A DNA stretch of 64,000 nt from Polyangiaceae bacterium (lineage in GTDB: Bacteria; Myxococcota_A; Polyangia; Polyangiales; Polyangiaceae), in assembly GCA_050287085.1 (NCBI GenBank), contig JBNKBE010000025.1:19097-83096 (forward strand), in the 5' to 3' direction. The notes beneath the pieces were generated by a model, which was not told where the DNA came from, ran no database searches, and saw only the letters and a program-made list of their open reading frames with translations. The position numbers and the translations under genes were made by a program. Below, piece after piece: positions 38,285 to 46,685 of this stretch; the first letter of the stretch is position 1; each line of letters starts with the position of its first letter.

Positions 38285-39619
38285 CTAGCGAATCGCGTCC
38301 ATGGCGGCCGACAGCTCCTTCGGATCCACTACGCTGCCCACAAAGCGCTTGACCTCTTCACCACGACTGTCGAGCAAGAGCAGAGTGGGTAGTCCGCGAA
38401 TCCCAAACTCCGCCGACGTCCGCTCAACGGCAGGATCCGAATCGTCGGTCATATCAGCCTTGATCGCCACGAAGCGGCCCGCGGCCTGTGCCACGGTAGG
38501 ATCAGGGAAGGTATGCAACTCGATCTCTTTGCATGCGACGCACCAAGCCGCAGTAAAGTCGATGAAGACAGGTCGTCCCTCCTGACGTGCCGTCTGTCGG
38601 GCTCGAGTGAGCAGTCCCGCGAGGTCCTCTCCGGGCGCCGGAGTCTCGAACGAAAGCGAGTGTTCGGCCGTCGTCACCTGGGCAATGCCACCAAAGAGCC
38701 CTCCACTCACCAGGACGACCCCGAGCCCCTTGCTCAAGCGCGTTCCCCACTCGACGGCTTCGAACGACTTGTGCACCGCCCCGAGCAATACTCCGACTAC
38801 AACCAACCCGCCCATTGCCAACAAGAAGCTGGTTCCGGGTTGCGCCCAGGCACGCAAGACCGGGAATGCATTGCCCAGGAAGTAGAGTGCAACGACCACA
38901 AGTACGATGCCCATGATCGACTTGACGTGCACCATCCACATTCCACCCTTGGGCAAATTGAGCGCAAAAGCTCCCACTAGAAAGAACGGGGTGCCCAATC
39001 CCAAGGCAAACGCCGTCATGGCGGCTGTCCCCAGGGTAACGCTTTGAGTTTGCGCAATCCAGGCGAGCAGCCCGTACAAGAACGGCCCTGTGCAGGGTGC
39101 CGCAATCGGTCCGCAGGCTAGCCCCAAGACAAACGCACCGAGGTAACCGCCCCCCCCCGCGCCCGCAAGGCGATTCTTCAAACCACTCGGTAGGTCGAGC
39201 TCAAAGGCACCAAACATGCTGGCGGCCAGGGCCAAGAACAGCGTCGCCAGCGACACGACAACCCAAGGACTGGAAAGGCTCGTTCCAAAGGTACGCCCCG
39301 TCATCGCGGCAACAACCCCGAGAGGGACGAACATGGCAACAACCCCGAGCACAAACGCCGCCGAGAGCAAGAGTGCCTGGGGACGTGAGGTCGCTTGCCG
39401 CGCTCCGAACACGCTCACCGTGATCGCCACCATGGGGTAGACGCAGGGCGTAAGGCTGACGAGCAAACCGAATCCGAAGGCCGCCAGTCCCAAATAGAGG
39501 GGCCCTCGGGCGAGCGCTGATGCGAACGCGCTGTCTTGAGCTTGGGCCACAGCGGTCGAAGGCAATGTTGTGGCTAGCGCAACGATTAGAACGCGAAGGA
39601 AAACAGAAAGGCGGTTCAT
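38285..39619 (-). CDS. dsbD: DsbD/CcdA-like thiol:disulfide interchange protein (TM domain + thioredoxin)
   Basis: LTPCVYPM, APCTGP, DFTAAWCVAC; lacks the N-terminal alpha domain. Confidence 0.88.
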   Translation of the reverse strand: MNRLSVFLRVLIVALATTLPSTAVAQAQDSAFASALARGPLYLGLAAFGFGLLVSLTPCVYPMVAITVSVFGARQATSRPQALLLSAAFVLGVVAMFVPLGVVAAMTGRTFGTSLSSPWVVVSLATLFLALAASMFGAFELDLPSGLKNRLAGAGGGGYLGAFVLGLACGPIAAPCTGPFLYGLLAWIAQTQSVTLGTAAMTAFALGLGTPFFLVGAFALNLPKGGMWMVHVKSIMGIVLVVVALYFLGNAFPVLRAWAQPGTSFLLAMGGLVVVGVLLGAVHKSFEAVEWGTRLSKGLGVVLVSGGLFGGIAQVTTAEHSLSFETPAPGEDLAGLLTRARQTARQEGRPVFIDFTAAWCVACKEIELHTFPDPTVAQAAGRFVAIKADMTDDSDPAVERTSAEFGIRGLPTLLLLDSRGEEVKRFVGSVVDPKELSAAMDAIR

Positions 39620-39756
39620 CTCAAGTCAGTTTATGCGGCTCGCACCCCGAAAAGGTTTCTCTAGGTCCCATCTCGCCTTCTGCGCACCCGGCGCTGGACG
39701 TACGCGTGCCCGGCGAGGGCTGAAGTGCGAGGGTTAGGTATGAGAGACGCAGCGCG

Positions 39757-40467
39757 CTAGGCCAAGTCTCTACAAGCGCGTCGATATTCGGCCGCGAGTC
39801 CTGCGCGCACCAGAGGAGAAGCCGCGCGAACCCCGCGACGGAATTCGTCGAGCCGACTCCGCGCCGAGGCCACCTCGCCGAGGTGACTGTAAAGTTCCGC
39901 GCTCACAAAGGTACCAAATAGGGACCTCGTGGGTCGCAGCTGCTCCAAGTGGAGGCGCAGGCGCTCCCCGTCGAGCAAGCCCGAGGCAGCTTCCGCAAGG
40001 GCTACCTGCGCCTCGTAGAGCGGGGAGCGGTGATCCGCCCATCGCAGGGCACGCTCCGCAGCCGAGCGCGACAGCGCAGGACGCCCAGTCAGGTAGTAGA
40101 GGCTAGCGAGAGAAGACAAGTGCACCGCCCGGCGAACCGGCGGCGCCTGCCGTCCAGCCAGGCGCAACGCAGCCACCGCCGCGGTCAAGTCATCCAAAGC
40201 CAAACAGGCAACAGCAACATCCCGGTACGCGACGTCACCCAGCACCCGAACCTGCACCAGCTGCTCGGCAACGTGACGGGCGTCAAGATAGCGCCCGCGC
40301 TCCAGGTGCGCCAAATAGAGCTGGCGCAGTAGCAGCCCTTGCACCTCGTGGTCGAGGGACTCGCAGGCAAGTCCTTGGGTCGCGTATTTTGCACGAGTTC
40401 CGGCGGTACGCGCCCCTAAGGCAGCGCCAAGCCAGTCTTCTGGGGAACGTTGGGGACGTTGGGGCAC
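39757..40467 (-). CDS. hypothetical TPR-like helical protein
   Basis: Ala/Leu-rich helical repeats in the C-terminal part of ORF 39757..41037; start uncertain. Confidence 0.6.
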   Translation of the reverse strand: MPQRPQRSPEDWLGAALGARTAGTRAKYATQGLACESLDHEVQGLLLRQLYLAHLERGRYLDARHVAEQLVQVRVLGDVAYRDVAVACLALDDLTAAVAALRLAGRQAPPVRRAVHLSSLASLYYLTGRPALSRSAAERALRWADHRSPLYEAQVALAEAASGLLDGERLRLHLEQLRPTRSLFGTFVSAELYSHLGEVASARSRLDEFRRGVRAASPLVRAGLAAEYRRACRDLA

Positions 40468-40573
40468 GGAGAATATCCAAATGGCGAATTGCGGCGCTGG
40501 CGAGGGGGTCGGTTTGCGGGTCCCCCGGGTGGAGCCTCTTGCATAGGAACGCGCGACGCTCCATTGTCGCCTC

Positions 40574-40960
40574 ATGCCGCAACCCTGGGCCAAAATTGCT
40601 TGTGACTCGCGCTTCGCCGGGCTCCGACCACGGTCGCGGGGCAACTCGAGCGGGTGGCCCTCCGGGAGCTGGATTCGAGGCGCCTTGTGCTTGGTTCTGC
40701 CCCTGCTCTCGAGCGCCTGCGGTAGCAAAGCCACCGCAGACGACTGCGATCGAATCGTCACGCGCATCGCCGAACTCGAACTCCGTGCTGCGGGCGTGCA
40801 AGACCCCAACGCCTTGGCCGAACGCGTCACGTCGACCAAAGCGGCATTTCGTGAGAAGGCAATGACCCAATGCGTTGGCAAGCGCATCACCGAGACCACC
40901 AAACACTGCATCGAGCAGGCGACATCCTCGAGCGAGATACTCGAACAATGTCTGGAGTAG
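40574..40960 (+). CDS. small Cys-containing lipoprotein
   Basis: LSSAC lipobox plus 4 Cys; start uncertain. Confidence 0.7.
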   Translation: MPQPWAKIACDSRFAGLRPRSRGNSSGWPSGSWIRGALCLVLPLLSSACGSKATADDCDRIVTRIAELELRAAGVQDPNALAERVTSTKAAFREKAMTQCVGKRITETTKHCIEQATSSSEILEQCLE

Positions 40961-40991
40961 GCCTTTGCCCGCCGCGCCATCCCTAGCCAGA

Positions 40992-41306
40992 GTGGCCCCC
41001 CGACTGAGGCTCGAGCGCCTGGCACGCTTACTCCCATCGGCCTGTTTGCTGCTGGGCTGTGAGCGGTCCCTCTCAGATGCCGAATGCGAAGCCTTGCTCG
41101 GCCACTACACGGCAGAATTGGCGCGGCAGGAGGCCCCCCACCTATCGGCCGCCGTCATCGCGCGAAAGCAGAAGCTGGCCGTAGACCTCGCGCGACGTTC
41201 GCCGGTCTACGAATTTGACGCCTGCGCTGACAAGGTCTCGCGTCGCCAGTTTCGGTGCGCCCTTGCCTCCCATTCGGTGGACGAAATCGAACGCTGCCTG
41301 CTCTGA
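40992..41306 (+). CDS. small Cys-containing lipoprotein, apparent paralog of the previous gene
   Basis: LLGC lipobox plus 4 Cys with similar spacing. Confidence 0.7.
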   Translation: MAPRLRLERLARLLPSACLLLGCERSLSDAECEALLGHYTAELARQEAPHLSAAVIARKQKLAVDLARRSPVYEFDACADKVSRRQFRCALASHSVDEIERCLL

Positions 41307-41485
41307 CCCGGCGTCCGGGCTCCTCGCTCCGCGACATCTTGATTGGGTGCCGGCAGCCCGAGTCGGCCAGCAAACAAGTGAGCGATAGTCGAAGAGCACT
41401 TCTGTGATATGCAGCGGCGTGGCACTCTCGCGCAGTTGAGAGGAGTGCGCCGTGTTTTGCCCGGGCGCCAGTCACAGTTGGCACC

Positions 41486-42916
41486 ATGAACCTGCACGAG
41501 ACCGCGCCTGAAAAATCTACGAGCTCGCATCGTAGTGGCGCATTGACGGCGATTCTGTGGGTGCACCCGATCGAGCAACTATCACGCCTCGACAAACCTG
41601 CGATGCTTCTCGGGCGAGCGGAAGATGCCGCGATTCCCCTCGCTGGCGACAGGGTCTCGCGCCGCCACGCAAGCATTCGCAAACACGAGGGCCAATGGCT
41701 GCTTCGCGACGAGGGTAGCCGCAACGGCACGCGCTGCAATGGCCAGCTCGTCAGCGAGCGCCCCCTCTCAGAAAACGACGTCCTGCGCGTCGGTGACTGG
41801 GTGGGTGTTGTGCTCAAGCTAGACGCGACCCACGCCGACCCATCCGCGTTCTTTTTCGAACCCATACCAGGCGTATTGGCTGGGCCGCGGACTGAAAGCC
41901 TGTGGCGGCAAGTACGCACCGTGGCCCACAGCGACTTGCCCGTTGTCGTCGAAGGCGAAACCGGCACGGGCAAGGAGGTCGTAGGTCAGGCTATACACGC
42001 GCTGAGTGGTCGGGCGGGTGATTGCGTCGCGGTCAATTGCGCTGCCTTGCCCGAAGGACTGGTGGAGGCGCAGCTATTCGGACATGTCAAGGGCGCGTTT
42101 ACCGGCGCCCATCAGAGCTCCTCCGGGTACTTTGGTGCCGCCCACGGCGGCACCCTCTTCCTGGACGAGTTGCTTGAGCTGCCGCTGGCTCAGCAGGCCA
42201 AGTTGCTACGAGCGGTAGAAGAAGGCGCGGTAACGCCGATTGGCGCAACACAACCCCGCAGCGTCGACGTTCGGCTTATCGCCGCAACCCAGAAGCCCCT
42301 GTGGCGACTAGTGGAAGAGCGACGATTTCGCGCAGACCTTCAAGCTCGACTGTCTGGCGTCGTGCTCAAGCTTCCCCCTTTGAGGCAACGACGCGAAGAA
42401 GTCCCTCGCCTGTTCAAGCGGCTACTCGACGGCACCCCACTCGCCTCGGTCCCGATGCGGGCGAGTTTCGTAGAGTCCTTGTGCCTATACAACTGGCATA
42501 TGAATGTCAGGGAACTCGTCCAGACTGCGCATCGAGCGCGGGTGCTGCTTTCCGATGTTCCCGAGCTATCCGCAACTCACTTTCGTGCGCTCGTCGGGGG
42601 CATACGTCCCCCTCACGACTACGACCTGGACACGGACAGAACCAGCGTCCCGGAAATCGCCGATCCGCCGGACTACGCCGCAACCCTCGCGCCGCGCAGC
42701 GAAGCCGAAGCGCGAGAACAAGACCTCCTGGGACGACGCCGTTTCGCCTGGTTGCAGCGCAATCGAGAGCACCTGCGCACGCTCCTCGCTTCACTCAGCC
42801 ACAATGGCGGCAACATTTCCCAATCCGCTCGTGAACTTGGGATCTCTCGCCAGCGAGCCCATCGCCTGTTGGAAGTGTGGGAACTATTGCAACAGGGGAG
42901 CGGACACCACCGCTAG
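41486..42916 (+). CDS. FHA-domain sigma54-dependent enhancer-binding protein
   Basis: FHA (LGR…VSRRH…SRNGT), GETGTGKE, GAFTGA, LFLDE, Fis-type HTH (GNISQSARELGISR). Confidence 0.93.
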   Translation: MNLHETAPEKSTSSHRSGALTAILWVHPIEQLSRLDKPAMLLGRAEDAAIPLAGDRVSRRHASIRKHEGQWLLRDEGSRNGTRCNGQLVSERPLSENDVLRVGDWVGVVLKLDATHADPSAFFFEPIPGVLAGPRTESLWRQVRTVAHSDLPVVVEGETGTGKEVVGQAIHALSGRAGDCVAVNCAALPEGLVEAQLFGHVKGAFTGAHQSSSGYFGAAHGGTLFLDELLELPLAQQAKLLRAVEEGAVTPIGATQPRSVDVRLIAATQKPLWRLVEERRFRADLQARLSGVVLKLPPLRQRREEVPRLFKRLLDGTPLASVPMRASFVESLCLYNWHMNVRELVQTAHRARVLLSDVPELSATHFRALVGGIRPPHDYDLDTDRTSVPEIADPPDYAATLAPRSEAEAREQDLLGRRRFAWLQRNREHLRTLLASLSHNGGNISQSARELGISRQRAHRLLEVWELLQQGSGHHR

Positions 42917-43692
42917 CTCTGACGGCCGTCGCTCTCGTCCCGCCGCGCCGAGACGAAGTATTGAGGTTCCGTCTCCTCACCGGTGTGAAACGAGCCGATC
43001 TCGGCTTCGAATCCCAGTTCCTCCAACAAGGCTGCAATCTGCCACGGGGTTGCATAGGAATGGCCGATCTGCTGCTCGGCTACGGTGCAACCATTGCTTG
43101 AGAATCGATATCGTACTTCGAGATGGGCACGCGACGGCCACCAGGAATTCTGCTCTAGAACGTCGTAGACATGTCCGCGACAGGTGATCGTCTGAACGTA
43201 GTCATATTCATCGACGATCGGCTCACTTTCTCCCTCCACGTCTTCGGCGTCTGCCAGCAGTGCATCAATAGGATAGACGTCGATGAGCAACTGACCGCTT
43301 GGTTTGAGATGCTTTGCCGCCTGCCGCAGTGCCCGGCGCTTCTGTTCGTCCCCCTCGAGACAGAAGAGCGTATTGAACGATAGAATGATTGCATCGAAAT
43401 GCAGGCCAAGCTCGAACTCACACATATCCGCGGACTCAAGTCGGACCTTGTGCGAAACACCGAGCTGCTCCAGACGCTCTCGTCCAAGTTCGAGCGCCCG
43501 CGCATCATCGTCCAGACCGACAAGCGTCTCCGCGCAATCTGCGAGCGCGGCTAGGAGGCGCGCGTCCCCCACCCCAAGCTCCAAGATGGATTGCGGGTGC
43601 CCCAGTTGGCTGCGATAAAATGCAACGTCACCCGGAGTGCCTGCGTGGAGCGCAAAATAGAGTTCGGTAGCGTCGGGGCCGACATTTGACAT
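42913..43692 (-). CDS. class I SAM-dependent methyltransferase
   Basis: DVAFY, ILELGVG, ADM, FDAI, HLKP.G.L.ID. Confidence 0.88.
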   Translation of the reverse strand: MSNVGPDATELYFALHAGTPGDVAFYRSQLGHPQSILELGVGDARLLAALADCAETLVGLDDDARALELGRERLEQLGVSHKVRLESADMCEFELGLHFDAIILSFNTLFCLEGDEQKRRALRQAAKHLKPSGQLLIDVYPIDALLADAEDVEGESEPIVDEYDYVQTITCRGHVYDVLEQNSWWPSRAHLEVRYRFSSNGCTVAEQQIGHSYATPWQIAALLEELGFEAEIGSFHTGEETEPQYFVSARRDESDGRQS

Positions 43693-43782
43693 ATTTGCCC
43701 TATAGTCCAGGCCACAAAGGGCGGCACGGCATTCCGTCGCCCTCGCCCGCCCACCATTGCTTTCCCCACGCGATCGGCGAGT

Positions 43783-46446
43783 TCACACCTTGGTTGGAGT
43801 CACCCAGCGCTGAAGCTTCTCCATCACGCGAGCCATTGGGGGTCGAAGCGAGAGCAGCTCACGGTACGGATCTCCCAGACCACTGACCCGCTCAGCTACG
43901 GTGAAGATGTTGAATGTCTCAGGCTTCAAGGCGCGATGAACCTCATGCCAATACAGCGGCGTCGAGACCCGTGCTCCCGCGTAAGCGCGCACCGAGTAGG
44001 GAGCCACTATCGTGCGAGAGCGCCCGGTTTGACCGACGTCGATATAAACGCGATCACCGCGGTCACTGATCCTCCGCTGCATCGTCGAGATGGCTGGGTG
44101 CCGCGCCTGAACGATTCGCCCAAGGAGCTCAACCAGGACCTTCGCAGCCTCAAAAGGCACGCCCAAACCCATGGCGACAAGCACGTGGAGTCCAGTTTGG
44201 CCTGACGTCTTGGGAAAGCCGTGCAGCCCCAGATCGTCCAGCACCTCTTTCAGACTAGAAGCTAGCTCGACCGCGTCCGACAAGGGCCGGTCTCCAAGAT
44301 CGAAGTCGAGGGTAATAAAGTCACATTGGTCGAGCTGTTCGCGCCGAGAAGCCAGAATGTGCAGCGGAATGCAACCAAGATTGACCACGTGAAGCAGTGC
44401 ATCAACGCTATCCAGCAGAAATGTGGTCACCTCCTTGCCGTCTCGCTCCTCTCGCTTCAAAGGCAAGGTGCGGACCCACGCGGGTGTCCCCTGCGGCACG
44501 TTCCATTGATAGAAGCTCTTCCCTCGAACGCCATCGGGGTAGCGAACCAACATCACGGGGCGCGATACCAGAAGGGGCAGGAGGGTCGGTGCGATAGCCT
44601 CGTAGTAGTCGAGCAGGTCGCCTTTCGTATAACCTTCCTCTGGCCAGAATACCTTGTCCAGATTGCTCACCTGAACGCGGCGTCCCTTTCCCGCAGACGT
44701 GGCACTCGCGACGCGTTGGACGCCGTGGCCCGCTGCGGCATCCCCCTCGGGCTCGCGCACAAGAGGCTCCACCCCGTCGGCCGCCCTCACTTGTAGGGGC
44801 AGTTCCGGCTCGTCTTCGTCTAGACGCGGCACCGCAGTGCACGTCTGCGGCGCAATATCTTCACGGATACCAACAAAGACGGCCATTCTGAGATGCCTAT
44901 CCGGGCTCCACTCCAAGAACTTGACGGTAGCCACCATGCGCGGCTGAACAGGATGGCGAATGCGGCCATCCTGCGGCAGCTCGCCAGCGACCACCTCGCC
45001 CGTGCACTGCAGTGGCTGCAAGGCAGTGAGGAGCGCGCTGCGGGTAGCGGCATCGAAGCCCGTGCCAACTCTTCCAACGTAGGTCAGCGTCCCGTTCATG
45101 TAGCTGCCAAGCTCCAGCGCACCAAGCTCGCGCGCGCGGCCCTCGCCCTCGACGAAGCCGACCACGACGAAGTCTTCACGTCTTTCGATCCGATGCTTAC
45201 ACCACGCGTCGCTGCGGCGTGGCCTTGCGTCGTAGCAGCTGCTGCGCCCCTTGGAGACAACACCTTCCAAGCCTTCCCGCTGACAGAACGCATAGAGAGC
45301 CTGTCCGTTGCCCACAATATGATCCAGATAGCGAACCACGCCCCGCCGTGGAAGCAATTCGGCCAGCAGCGCCTTGCGCCGCCATAGCTCAACCCCCCGC
45401 AGATCGTGAGGCCCGAGCGCCAAGAGGTCAAAGACCAGAAACGTCGCTGGTGCCTGTCGTGCCGCGGCGGCAATGTCAGCCGGACGGCGCGCTGCGATCC
45501 GAGGCCCGAGCCGCTGAAAGCGAGGTCGCCCCCTGTCGTCGAAGCTAACAACTTCACCGTCGAGGACACATTCGGTCGGGTACAAGGCGCGCACGGCACG
45601 CGACACCTCGGGATAGCTATGGCTCGCCGCTCGCCCCGACCGGTAGCGTAGGTCAACCCCTGCCCCGTCGCGAGTTGCCACGATGCGCACCCCGTCCAAC
45701 TTCAGCTCGTAGATCCGCTCTGGATCGTCCAGGCGCGCTCCCTGCTTGGCGCACAACATCGGTGCAAAAACGGATGAGGTGACTCGCTCAACGACCCCGG
45801 GCAGCTGTCCCGCGCGCTCGATAAGCTCCTGGTACAGCTGCGAACGCCGCCCGAGTTGGTCGACAGTCAAACCACTGAGCACACTTTCCGGCTGTCGTTC
45901 CAGAGTATCGTCATTCTGACGAGCGTGAACGTCGGCCTTTTTCAGAAGTAGCCACGAACGGGGCTTAGCCGTCACCGGCCCACGACCCGTGGTTTCCACC
46001 AACGCGAAGCGTCCCCTCATCTTGTGGCCCGCAAGCACGAAGTCGACTTTCCCGCGCGCAAGCCCCTCCTCGGCTGTCGTCTCGAGATAACTTACGGTCC
46101 CTATGTCCCAGACGATCATAGGCCCCGCGCCGTAGTTGCCTTCCGGGATAACATCCTCAAAGTCGAGATACTCGAGCGGATGATTCTCCGTTTGCACCGC
46201 CAAGCGACGCTCCACCGGATCGAGAGACGGCCCGCGCGGCACGGCGAAGCTGAGCAGCGTGCCCCCACACTGAAGCCGAAGATCGTAGTGCCTCCGAGTC
46301 GCATCGTGCAGATGAATCACGAACTCCCCTCGGCGAGTCCCCTCACCCGTAGCGTGCGCCATGGTGGCCACGCCGAAGGGCTCCGTGGTGGCCAGCGGAT
46401 CGCGCAAGCTACGATAGAGAGAAAGCTCGTCGTCTGCGCTCGCCAT
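43783..46446 (-). CDS. ligD: NHEJ DNA ligase D (phosphoesterase-ligase-polymerase)
   Basis: HYDLRL…VP.GPS.DP (PE), ELKLDG, EGVVSK (ligase), N.DKVFWP…TK.DL..YY, DFD, KTSG, APYS.R (Pol). Confidence 0.95.
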   Translation of the reverse strand: MASADDELSLYRSLRDPLATTEPFGVATMAHATGEGTRRGEFVIHLHDATRRHYDLRLQCGGTLLSFAVPRGPSLDPVERRLAVQTENHPLEYLDFEDVIPEGNYGAGPMIVWDIGTVSYLETTAEEGLARGKVDFVLAGHKMRGRFALVETTGRGPVTAKPRSWLLLKKADVHARQNDDTLERQPESVLSGLTVDQLGRRSQLYQELIERAGQLPGVVERVTSSVFAPMLCAKQGARLDDPERIYELKLDGVRIVATRDGAGVDLRYRSGRAASHSYPEVSRAVRALYPTECVLDGEVVSFDDRGRPRFQRLGPRIAARRPADIAAAARQAPATFLVFDLLALGPHDLRGVELWRRKALLAELLPRRGVVRYLDHIVGNGQALYAFCQREGLEGVVSKGRSSCYDARPRRSDAWCKHRIERREDFVVVGFVEGEGRARELGALELGSYMNGTLTYVGRVGTGFDAATRSALLTALQPLQCTGEVVAGELPQDGRIRHPVQPRMVATVKFLEWSPDRHLRMAVFVGIREDIAPQTCTAVPRLDEDEPELPLQVRAADGVEPLVREPEGDAAAGHGVQRVASATSAGKGRRVQVSNLDKVFWPEEGYTKGDLLDYYEAIAPTLLPLLVSRPVMLVRYPDGVRGKSFYQWNVPQGTPAWVRTLPLKREERDGKEVTTFLLDSVDALLHVVNLGCIPLHILASRREQLDQCDFITLDFDLGDRPLSDAVELASSLKEVLDDLGLHGFPKTSGQTGLHVLVAMGLGVPFEAAKVLVELLGRIVQARHPAISTMQRRISDRGDRVYIDVGQTGRSRTIVAPYSVRAYAGARVSTPLYWHEVHRALKPETFNIFTVAERVSGLGDPYRELLSLRPPMARVMEKLQRWVTPTKV

Positions 46447-46685
46447 GATGCCCAAGCTTGGCGCGTCACCCCGCAAGCCGAAAGCTGTTTTTCTCAGCGG
46501 GCCGAAACCAGAGCCGGCGCAAACACGACCGCCGCCTGTGAGCTTGCTGTCGACTTCCCCCCTGAGAAGGCGACGATTCAGCCTACGCTGACGAGAACGC
46601 CCCCAGTCGCGCTTGAACCTTGCTCCCCAGCGCCGAGGCTGGCAAGAGAAGGCGCGCCGAGAGCCCCGGCGTAAGCGCAGAACCC

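Noticed and set aside
41420..41434. TGGCAC as a sigma54 promoter upstream of the EBP gene
   Set aside because: GG-to-GC spacing does not fit -24/-12 and there is no TTGC
41430..41480. GCGCAGTTG and CACAGTTG resembling the terminal 14-bp repeat
   Set aside because: Matches of 8-9 bp are expected by chance in 64 kb of GC-rich DNA
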